DNA from: Dehalococcoidia bacterium
GTDB lineage: Bacteria; Chloroflexota; Dehalococcoidia; Lucifugimonadales; UBA3495
Assembly (NCBI GenBank): GCA_965226825.1
Contig: CBDDED010000003.1
Coordinates: forward strand, 2,566,033 to 2,630,032
DNA length: 64,000 bases
Reading direction: 5' to 3'
Every line of letters begins with the position of its first letter. The first letter of the stretch is position 1. The notes under the pieces are model-generated. The model saw only the letters and a program-made list of their open reading frames with translations. It made no database searches and was not told the DNA's origin. Shown here piece by piece: positions 57,127 to 64,000 of this stretch. The translations under genes were made by a program, and so were the position numbers.

Positions 57127-58209
57127 TTGATTCAGTCAGAACGATTGTTAAACACCCTGGTGAACCTGATCCAAATCGACAGCCCATCCGGGGAAGAAGA
57201 CGCCATCGACGCCGATTTGAGCCACCGGCTTCAATCCCTGGGTTGCCAGGTCCGGCATGATTCCTACGGGAACATCGTTGCCAAGCTGCCCGGAGAGGGA
57301 GACCCGGTGCTCCTTTCTTCACACATGGACACCGTGGACCCTGGCAGGGGAATCAAGCCGTTTTTGGATGGGGACACGCTGCGGGCCGACGGGTCCACCA
57401 TACTGGGAGGGGACTGCAAAGCAGGGCTCACCATCATATTGGAAGCGTTGGCGTCGATTCAGGAGTCCGGGGTTCCGCACCGGCCGGTAGAGGTGGTCTT
57501 CACCCGTCACGAGGAGGGCGGCCTCGTTGGAGTGCACCACCTGGATTTCAGCCTTGTCGATGCGAAAATGGGCGTGGTTTTCGACGGCGAAGGGCCGGTG
57601 AGCCGGGTCACCGTGGCCGCGCCTTCTCAAAACGTAGTCAAGGCCAACATCACGGGCCGGGCCGCCCACGCCGGCGTCGAACCGGAAAAGGGATTGTCGG
57701 CCATCCTGATTGCCTCCGAAATCATAACCCGGCTGCCCTTGGGCCGCATTGACGAAGAAACCACTTCCAACATAGGTCGAATGGATGCCGGTCTGAAGCG
57801 CAACATCGTTCCGGAAACGGCGTTCCTGGACGGCGAGATTCGCAGTCTGGACAACGGCAAGCTGGACCGCATCAGCGGAGAGTTCCGCGCGGTGTTTCAA
57901 GAGATGGGGCAGAAATTCCCGGAAGCACAGGTCTCCCTGGAAATCGAAAACACCTATCAGGCATACCGGATCGCAGCCGATCACCCCGCATTGTCTGCCA
58001 TCCGCCTGGCTCTGGCGTCCCTCGGGACGGAGGCGGAACTCATGTCCAGCGGCGGCGGGTCTGACGCCAACGTGTTCATAGAGAAGGGAATCGTGGCCCT
58101 TCCTATGGGCATCGGCGTGGAGTCGTTTCACACCACCCGGGAATCCGCCAACATCCCCCAGGTGTTGCAGGGAGCCCAGTTTTGCCGGAACCTGGTCGCC
58201 GGAGTGTGA
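57127..58209 (+). CDS. M20-family metallopeptidase (tripeptidase/PepT-like)
   Basis: This 360-aa protein contains LSSHMDTVDPG and GGDCKAG motifs and a dimerisation-domain insertion. It has a TTG start and a GAGGA SD. Confidence 0.75.
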   Translation: MIQSERLLNTLVNLIQIDSPSGEEDAIDADLSHRLQSLGCQVRHDSYGNIVAKLPGEGDPVLLSSHMDTVDPGRGIKPFLDGDTLRADGSTILGGDCKAGLTIILEALASIQESGVPHRPVEVVFTRHEEGGLVGVHHLDFSLVDAKMGVVFDGEGPVSRVTVAAPSQNVVKANITGRAAHAGVEPEKGLSAILIASEIITRLPLGRIDEETTSNIGRMDAGLKRNIVPETAFLDGEIRSLDNGKLDRISGEFRAVFQEMGQKFPEAQVSLEIENTYQAYRIAADHPALSAIRLALASLGTEAELMSSGGGSDANVFIEKGIVALPMGIGVESFHTTRESANIPQVLQGAQFCRNLVAGV

Positions 58210-58337
58210 CGCGCGGGCTTCATTATCCCAAGCTGGGACCAGGCTTGCATTCAGCCAAGGCAAACGCATTCTAATGTAACGGGCGAATCTTGCACCCAAA
58301 GTAGTGCTGATCGCCTTTTATCCAACCGCACCCACCA

Positions 58338-58493
58338 CCCGTCATTCTCGCCGCAGCGGGAATCCAGAGCCCTTTCTCTGCGCCGACACGCTTATGGCAG
58401 CGGTGAAACGCCGGACGTGGGCAAGCACTGGACACCGGGGCCCGCTCAAACGACAAAAGGGCTCTCGATTCCCGCTGCTGCAAGAAAGACGGG
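58338..58493. mobile_element. MITE-like inverted-repeat element (locus D)
   Basis: The arms are 58338..58372 and 58459..58493 (right arm degenerate). The interior CTGCGCCGACACGCTTATGGC is homologous to the interior of locus B. Confidence 0.7.
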
Positions 58494-58687
58494 AGAGGGG
58501 CCCGGCGAACACCGCAGCACCAACGCGTTGATGTAATCGGCTTCCCCTAGTCATCCTATCTTAAAATGCAATGGCCCCGGATTCAGCGGCTCCGATTGAC
58601 CTGAGAATTGAGAAGCCGCCATAATGACCGCTGATAAAGCAAGATAACGGCCTGAATCATCGGCCTGGTTCTTTGGAGGGTTTAGCC

Positions 58688-59977
58688 ATGGCGACATCTA
58701 CCGGAAATTCAACACGCAGGCGCCAATTGGGGCGGCCGGTGTCCATCGTAGGCGCCGGGATGTCCCAGTTCGGGGCGTTCAAGGACAAGGGCAGCCGCGA
58801 CCTGTTCACCGAGGCTTTCCAGGACATGATGGACCACCTGGACCAGGGCATGGACATCCAGGACATTGAGTGTGGCTACCTTGGCAACTACTCCTCAGAC
58901 CTTTTCGAGGGTCAAGGGCACACCGCTCCGATAATGGCCGATTGGCTGGGCATGACCCCGGCGCCCATTACCCGGATTGAAAACGCCTGCGCCAGCAGCG
59001 GCAGCGCCCTGCGGGAAGGCATGATGGCCATCGCCTCGGGACTCTACGACGTGGTGCTGGTTGGCGGCGTTGAGAAAATGACCAACCTACCCACCGAAGG
59101 CGTTACCGACGTCCTCGCCACCGCCGCCGACGCGCTTTACGAAGTCCCCGCCGGCCTGACTTTCCCCGGGATTTACGGCGCGCTGGCCAAGGCCCACATG
59201 GACCGGTACGAAACCAACCTGGACCACCTGCTCAAGGTGGGAATCAAGAACCACGTCAACGGCAAGCTGAACCCCAAGGCCCAGTTCAACGTGAGCATCC
59301 GCGACCTCATGGACAGCCGCAAAGCCAGGGCGGAAGAGCGCGGCCAACCCGTGCCCGACTGGAAGGACGAAATGGACTTCCTGAACGATGCCCGGGCCAA
59401 CCCCTGGATCGCCTGGCCTTTGCGCCTGTACGACTGCGCCCCCATCACCGACGGCGCCACCTGCGTGCTGTTGGTGGCCTCAGAATTGGCCGGCAACTTC
59501 ACCGACAAGCCGGTCCACGTCGTCGGCACCGGCCAGGCCACCGGCCGAGCCCTGCACGACGCCGAGGAGTTGACCTCCCTGACCGCCGCCCGTGAGGCTG
59601 CAAGCCAGGCCTACCAGATGGCCGGCGTGAGCGCCCGGGACATCCAGGTAGCGGAAGTCCACGACTGTTTCACCATTGCCGAAATCATCGCCACCGAGGA
59701 CCTGGGATTCTTTGAACCCGGAGAGGGCCCCAGGGCGGTCGACGAGGGCCGGACCGCCAGGACCGGAGACCGTCCGATCAACACCTCCGGCGGTCTCAAG
59801 GCCAAGGGGCACCCCGTCGGAGCATCCGGCGTGGGGCAGGTCATCGAGGTGTTCCAACAACTTCGCGGCGAAGCCGGCGCCCGTCAGTTGAGCAACCCCA
59901 ACCTGGAGTTGGGGCTGACCCACAACGTCGGCGGCACCGGCGGCACCTGTGTGGTAAATATTCTGCGTCGGGGCTAG
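58688..59977 (+). CDS. thiolase-fold protein (SCP-x/nonspecific lipid-transfer-type acetyl-CoA acyltransferase)
   Basis: This 429-aa protein starts at ATG 58688, with a GGAGGG SD. The active-site region is IENACASSGSAL and the C-terminal thiolase motifs include GGLKAKGHPVGASG. It is paired with a DUF35 protein, as is typical. Confidence 0.85.
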   Translation: MATSTGNSTRRRQLGRPVSIVGAGMSQFGAFKDKGSRDLFTEAFQDMMDHLDQGMDIQDIECGYLGNYSSDLFEGQGHTAPIMADWLGMTPAPITRIENACASSGSALREGMMAIASGLYDVVLVGGVEKMTNLPTEGVTDVLATAADALYEVPAGLTFPGIYGALAKAHMDRYETNLDHLLKVGIKNHVNGKLNPKAQFNVSIRDLMDSRKARAEERGQPVPDWKDEMDFLNDARANPWIAWPLRLYDCAPITDGATCVLLVASELAGNFTDKPVHVVGTGQATGRALHDAEELTSLTAAREAASQAYQMAGVSARDIQVAEVHDCFTIAEIIATEDLGFFEPGEGPRAVDEGRTARTGDRPINTSGGLKAKGHPVGASGVGQVIEVFQQLRGEAGARQLSNPNLELGLTHNVGGTGGTCVVNILRRG

Positions 59978-59992
59978 AGGTTAAACGTTGTA

Positions 59993-60418
59993 ATGGCCGA
60001 AAACACAGAAGCAACCAGGGCATTCAACGGCACCTCTTTTAATGCCTACCTGGCGGAGGAGCAGCGACTGATGGGAGTGCGCTGCCGGCCTTGCGGGTGG
60101 CTCTCTGCGGAAGCCCGCCCCAGGTGCACCGTTTGCGGTAGTAACGACATGGAGTGGTTTGAGTTCAGCGGCCGGGGGCGTCTCAGCACCTTCACCTGCA
60201 TATCCATCGTAACCAAAGCCATGGGAAGCAAAGGCTACGGCCGGGACAACCCGTGCTGTTCCGGCATCGTCACGCTGGAAGAAGGACCACGCATCAGCGC
60301 CCGCATCCTGGGCGTAGACGGGTCCAACCCCCAAAGCATCAAAAGCGAAACCGAAGTCGTGTTGGACCTCTCGGACTTTGACCCAGAGCAGCCGGCCCTG
60401 GCCTTCCGCCCGGTGTAA
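59993..60418 (+). CDS. Zn-ribbon/OB-fold protein (DUF35), thiolase partner
   Basis: It has a four-Cys rubredoxin-like knuckle (CRPCGW...CTVCGS) followed by an OB-fold segment. It lies immediately downstream of the thiolase. Confidence 0.8.
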   Translation: MAENTEATRAFNGTSFNAYLAEEQRLMGVRCRPCGWLSAEARPRCTVCGSNDMEWFEFSGRGRLSTFTCISIVTKAMGSKGYGRDNPCCSGIVTLEEGPRISARILGVDGSNPQSIKSETEVVLDLSDFDPEQPALAFRPV

Positions 60419-60491
60419 CGCGGATCATCCGGCCCGACCCGCTTTATCTCCAGGACGCTTAGAAGTCTGACCTCGGTTCCAACGAAAATTA

Positions 60492-60520
60492 ACCCGGCCC
60501 CGCTGTGACTTGGGCCGGGT
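60492..60520. terminator. 9-bp GC hairpin between convergent genes
   Basis: The hairpin is ACCCGGCCC-N11-GGGCCGGGT, flanked by an A-rich 5' side. It could terminate either strand. Confidence 0.35.
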
Positions 60521-60558
60521 GAACTAACCCTTTCAATAACCGCGACCGTTACCGTCGG

Positions 60559-60987
60559 CTAATCAAACCCCCGGGTCCCAACCCAGCCGGTTTCGGAAAC
60601 GTCCACAATCACGCCGTCGGGGCCGCCGTATTTCACTTCGACGTTGGCGTGACGGGCGCCGGGCATACCTACGCCCAGGGCCTGGTTTATATCATCCCGG
60701 GGCGCCGCGTCAGCGGCCTTCATCTTCTCGGCAATCTCTTCCAGGCTCTCGACTTCAAAGCCTATGTGGTGAATGCCGCTGTAGGTCATTCCGTATTCGG
60801 CCCCGGCCACTGCATCCTTTTGGAAGTCCAGGATGGCAACGTTGATGTTGCCGTCGCTCAGGTAGTACCCCTTGGCGCCGGGGTTGTCCAGCTTGGCGAT
60901 TTCCCGCAAGCCAAACACATCCTTGTAGAAACTGGCGGTCTTGTCCGCATCCTGGGTGGCGATGGCGATGTGCTTAATCTGGGCCAT
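60559..60987 (-). CDS. VOC (glyoxalase/dioxygenase) family protein
   Basis: This 142-aa protein has the N-terminus MAQIKHIAIATQDADKTASFY. It is a clear paralogue of 37341..37742. The SD is GGAGAAGG. Confidence 0.85.
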   Translation of the reverse strand: MAQIKHIAIATQDADKTASFYKDVFGLREIAKLDNPGAKGYYLSDGNINVAILDFQKDAVAGAEYGMTYSGIHHIGFEVESLEEIAEKMKAADAAPRDDINQALGVGMPGARHANVEVKYGGPDGVIVDVSETGWVGTRGFD

Positions 60988-61286
60988 GTTGTCCTTCTCC
61001 CGCTATTTCCAACTCATCCTAGCCGTCAGTTAATGGGCCCGGGCCACTCACCGGCGGCGAAATCAACAATACCATTTTAATTCGGCATCCGCCAACCTTC
61101 CGTTGATCCGTTGACCCACCGATGGCTGGTTCTTGGTCAGCATGGCTGCAATCGTGACGCCGTGTTAGAATGGCCCTCGAAGCAACTCGTTCCGAAAGGG
61201 ATGTCACTCCCGACGTTGCGATAACGGCCACGCGCTGCGGCGCGTTAATGAATTGACGAAATCAAGGTGAATTGGAGGTCAGAACA

Positions 61287-62465
61287 ATGTCGACGGGTAA
61301 TAGGCTGCAATTTGGCGCTTTTATGGCGCCCTTCCACCGGGTAGGTGAAAATCCGACATTGGCCCTGGAGCGTGACCTCGAGCTGATCCAGTGGTTGGAT
61401 GTTCTTGGCTACGACGAGATCTATGTCGGTGAACACCACAGCGCCGGTTGGGAAACTATCGCATCCCCTGAATTGTTCATAGCAACCGCCGCCGAACGCA
61501 CCCGTCACATTCGCCTGGGAACCGGAGTCATCAGCCTTCCCTACCATCACCCGCTGATGGTCGCCAACCGGATGGTCCAACTGGATCATCTTACCCGCGG
61601 GCGGGTGATTCTCGGCGTAGGGCCGGGCGCACTGGCCTCCGATGCGCTGATGCTGGGAATTGACCCGGCGCGCCAACGGGAAATGATGGATGAGTCTTTG
61701 GGAATCATCATGCGATTGTTGAAAGAGACCGAACCCATCACCTACGTGAGCGACTGGTTTGAACTGCATGATGCAGTGCTTCACCTGCGCTCATACCAGC
61801 AGCCCCACCTGCCTGTAGCTGTAGCCTCGGTACAATCCCCGGCGGGCGTGGTTACGGCAGGGAAGCACGGCGCCGGTGTACTATCCTTGAGCATCCCCCG
61901 GGACACGGTTCGCAAGACCTCCTTGAAAGAGCTTTGGGATATCGCCGAAGAGACCGCTGCCGAGCACGGCCAGACCGTGCGTAGGGAAGAATGGTCCCTG
62001 GTTGTAGGCGTTCACCTGGCGGAGACCCGTAAGGAAGCGTTTGAAGACATCCGTATCGGGAGCGCACGGGTGGTCACCGAGTATTTCAGTGAAACCCTGG
62101 GCAACCCGGTCCCTGACGTCCCGTTCGAAAAAATCGTCGACCACATGTCGGAGAGTAAACAGTGGATCGTCGGAACGCCCGACGATTGCATCGCCGCCAT
62201 CGAGGAACTTCAGGAAATGAGCGGCGGGTTTGGCCGACTGATGATCCGAGTGGAAGACTGGACTACCCGGGAGAAGAACGACCGGAGCTACGAAATGGTG
62301 GCCCGGTACGTGATGCCCCACTTCCAGGGCAGCCTCGACGGCATTATGACCTCCAACAGCCTGGTCAGCTCCAGAAAGGACATCCTCAAGGCCAACCAAC
62401 TGGCTGGACTGCAGCGGGCCACCGACGCCTACGACGAGTCCCGAGGAAAGGCCAAGGTAAGCTAA
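61287..62465 (+). CDS. LLM-class flavin-dependent oxidoreductase
   Basis: This 392-aa protein starts at ATG 61287, with a GGAGG SD. The N-terminus is LQFGAFMAPFHRVGENPTLALERDLELIQWLDVLGYDEIYVGEHH. Confidence 0.85.
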   Translation: MSTGNRLQFGAFMAPFHRVGENPTLALERDLELIQWLDVLGYDEIYVGEHHSAGWETIASPELFIATAAERTRHIRLGTGVISLPYHHPLMVANRMVQLDHLTRGRVILGVGPGALASDALMLGIDPARQREMMDESLGIIMRLLKETEPITYVSDWFELHDAVLHLRSYQQPHLPVAVASVQSPAGVVTAGKHGAGVLSLSIPRDTVRKTSLKELWDIAEETAAEHGQTVRREEWSLVVGVHLAETRKEAFEDIRIGSARVVTEYFSETLGNPVPDVPFEKIVDHMSESKQWIVGTPDDCIAAIEELQEMSGGFGRLMIRVEDWTTREKNDRSYEMVARYVMPHFQGSLDGIMTSNSLVSSRKDILKANQLAGLQRATDAYDESRGKAKVS

Positions 62466-62495
62466 CCCCCTGACCCGGCCCAACCAACCACCACC

Positions 62496-62536
62496 AAAAA
62501 ATCCCCTCCCGTGAACGGGAGGGGATTTCATTTTTT
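62496..62536. terminator. bidirectional rho-independent terminator
   Basis: It reads AAAAAA-TCCCCTCCCG-TGAA-CGGGAGGGGA-TTTCATTTTTT. An 11-bp stem is flanked by A- and T-tracts, between convergent genes. Confidence 0.8.
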
Positions 62537-62587
62537 GGGAACATCAAGCCAGGTGAAACTGCTGCTGGACCGGTAGCTTTAACTTCC

Positions 62588-62788
62588 TTACGGGTCGTTG
62601 TTCTTTCCCGAATCTTGGGACGGGGAAGGTTCGTCGAACAGCTGCCCATTCGCCTGGGCTTCATCGCGCCGTTTCAGCCAAGCATCCCATGCCGCGTTGT
62701 TCTGCCGACGCTCTTCCTTCCGCGCTTTTTCTTCCATGCGTTTCTTTATGATCGGAGCAAACAATACCATTGCTCTAACTCCTTCCAC
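62588..62788 (-). CDS. small charged protein, copy 1 of a tandem duplicate (N-terminally truncated relative to copy 2)
   Basis: The sequence is (M)EGVRAMVLFAPIIKKRMEEKARKEERRQNNAAWDAWLKRRDEAQANGQLFDEPSPSQ.... GTG 62788 is one possible start. The other is ATG 62770, which is preceded by GAAGGAG. Confidence 0.45.
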   Translation of the reverse strand: MEGVRAMVLFAPIIKKRMEEKARKEERRQNNAAWDAWLKRRDEAQANGQLFDEPSPSQDSGKNNDP

Positions 62789-62937
62789 TGAAATAAGCCA
62801 AGCAAGAGCCGGCGATAACCTGCCCTTCGGATATCACCGCTAGTTGCACATTTTCAGTGGAGTGGCTAACACAATTGTGTACCCTATCCAGTAGTGGTTC
62901 CGGTGTCCGTTCCAGTGGTTTCTCAGGTTCGCCGTTC

Positions 62938-63276
62938 TTATGGGTCGCTGTTCTTTGCCGAGACCTGGGACGGGGAAGGTTCGTCAAACGGCTGACCGTT
63001 CGCCTGGGCTTCATCGCGCCGTTTCAGCCAAGCCTCCCATTCTGCGTTGTTCTCACGACGCTCTTCCTGACGTCCTTCCTGACGTCCTTCCTGACGCGCT
63101 TTCTCTTCCATGCGTTTCTTTATGATCGGAGCAAACAATACCATTGCTCTAACTCCTTCCACTGAGATTACCATCAGCAGGGCCAGGCCGATGGACCCAC
63201 CGGCTACATCGGCCAGCGTGGATACCCAATTGTCCAATTGCCATGCTTTCAAGTATAGCCATTGGAACAGAGACAA
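62938..63276 (-). CDS. small single-pass membrane protein with charged tail, copy 2
   Basis: This is a 112-aa protein with a TM segment (GGSIGLALLMVISVEGVRAMVLFAPII) followed by KKRMEEKARQEGRQEGRQEERRENNAEWEAWLKRRDEAQANGQPFDEPSPSQ. The TTG start has no SD, and an internal ATG at 63144 has a GAAGGAG SD. Confidence 0.5.
   Translation of the reverse strand: MSLFQWLYLKAWQLDNWVSTLADVAGGSIGLALLMVISVEGVRAMVLFAPIIKKRMEEKARQEGRQEGRQEERRENNAEWEAWLKRRDEAQANGQPFDEPSPSQVSAKNSDP
63063..63098. repeat. 12-bp microsatellite (CTTCCTGACGTC) x ~3 inside copy 2
   Basis: The units are at 63063..63074, 63075..63086 and 63087..63098 (the last degenerate). Copy 1 has a single unit equivalent. This accounts for the 24-bp length difference and encodes (QEGR)n. 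Confidence 0.85.
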
Positions 63277-63610
63277 CCCAGTAAAGCATAAAACGTAAAT
63301 TGCGCAATAGAGAACCCAAGTCCGCAGGTCTCGAAACCGGATTCCACCCTACAACCCCGCTGGCCCATCTCTCTCGAGGACTTTAGTGTATACGTTACGA
63401 CGGTCCTGGGTCTAATCGCACGCACCCTGCGTCAGCCGAATCTCCAAGCGTAGCATAAGCCTCTTGCTCGGTTCGGCTAAGAGATCTGGTGCCGATCGGA
63501 AGTAACCGCGGTCTTAAACGCAAAGGGATCCTCAGGAAATCCCGAAAGGAGCCGAAGGAGACTTGATAGATCAGGTGGTTGAGGGGCCGTGGACCGGTGG
63601 AAACTTAACC

Positions 63611-64000
63611 TTAACCCGCCAGTTGAGTGGACCTCGGCAAGCTGGTTTGGCCCATGAGGTACCGGTCCACGCCATGAGCGAGGTCACGCCCTTCGGCGAT
63701 GGCCCACACGACCAGGGACTGGCCTCGGGCGGCATCTCCTGCGGCGAAGACCCCGGGGATGCTGCTCATCTTGTACTGGTCCACCTTGACGTTGCCCCGG
63801 CCATCCAGCTCTAACCCCAGGTCGTTCAACATACCGTCGTGTTCGGGGTGCAGGAAGCCCATCGCCAACAACACCAGGTCAGTCTCCACCACCATTTCGC
63901 TGCCCGGCGTCTCTTTCATGACGGGGCGGCCGTTGGCGTCAACCTCGCTCCAATCCACACGCACGGCGTTAAGCCGTTCCACCCGGCCGTTGGCGCCGGA
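63611..64000 (-). CDS. gltD: glutamate synthase small-subunit-like (GltD family) NAD(P)H-dependent oxidoreductase, C-terminal part
   Basis: The frame is open from the window edge to the stop at 63611. The C-terminus (DLVLLAMGF...IPGVFAAGDAARGQSLVVWAIAEGRDLAHGVDRYL) matches the GltD family FAD-binding end. Confidence 0.75.
   Translation of the reverse strand, partial: SGANGRVERLNAVRVDWSEVDANGRPVMKETPGSEMVVETDLVLLAMGFLHPEHDGMLNDLGLELDGRGNVKVDQYKMSSIPGVFAAGDAARGQSLVVWAIAEGRDLAHGVDRYLMGQTSLPRSTQLAG

Noticed and set aside
62386-63014. MKPRR... ORFs 62386..62664(-) and 62775..63014(-), and plus-strand ORFs 62598..62843, 62857..63165 and 63110..63298
   Set aside because: These are alternative frames of the same tandem duplication. 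The frame encoding the KKRMEEKAR...FDEPSPSQ protein is the one preserved between copies and has an SD-preceded ATG.

Overview
This is a gene-dense, high-GC bacterial chromosomal segment (about 60-65% GC in spot counts). I saw no rRNA, tRNA, CRISPR array, transposase or integrase. Gene content, left to right:
- 1.1-9.1 kb: a complete Alternative Complex III (act) operon with a split ActB and an extra NrfD-type subunit.
- 9.2-14.3 kb: cytochrome c maturation genes (ccmH, ccmF, a TlpA-like thioredoxin) that enclose two unknown membrane proteins.
- 14-36 kb: housekeeping and accessory genes. These include a ROK kinase, SDRs, FAH hydrolases, a SIS protein, a methyltransferase, an HpaB-like monooxygenase, nadE, rel and two MFS transporters.
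- 37.3-49.1 kb: a large catabolic cluster. It holds a Rieske dioxygenase alpha/beta pair, LLM/F420 oxidoreductases, VOC dioxygenases, an alpha/beta hydrolase, an FAH and two family III CoA-transferases.
- 49.5-55 kb: core genes thiL, tsaE, tsaB, ndk, rsfS and gyrB.
- 55-64 kb: more paralogous oxidoreductases, a thiolase/DUF35 pair and a partial gltD-like gene.

The heavy paralogy (LLM x3, SDR x3, VOC x3, FAH x2, CaiB x2, RidA x2, MFS x2) resembles SAR202-type Chloroflexota. That lineage call is inference only.

Items worth a second look:
- A family of hairpin-bearing, MITE-like inverted-repeat elements at five or more intergenic loci, plus a 171-bp tandem duplication built from the same module.
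- A roughly 320-nt structured leader (mini-ORF, closing helix, intrinsic terminator) upstream of a secreted S1 protease, inside an AT-richer islet.
- A decayed vapBC module.
- A decayed DUF5678-like/retropepsin two-gene cassette with an in-frame TAG inside a perfect hairpin and a slippery-site frameshift.
- Three 16-bp direct repeats abutting a perfect -35 box upstream of the dioxygenase operon.
- A methyltransferase with a conserved N-terminus but no canonical start codon.
- Tandemly duplicated small genes that differ by a 12-bp microsatellite expansion.

All calls come from reading the sequence and ORF translations. No database search was run.
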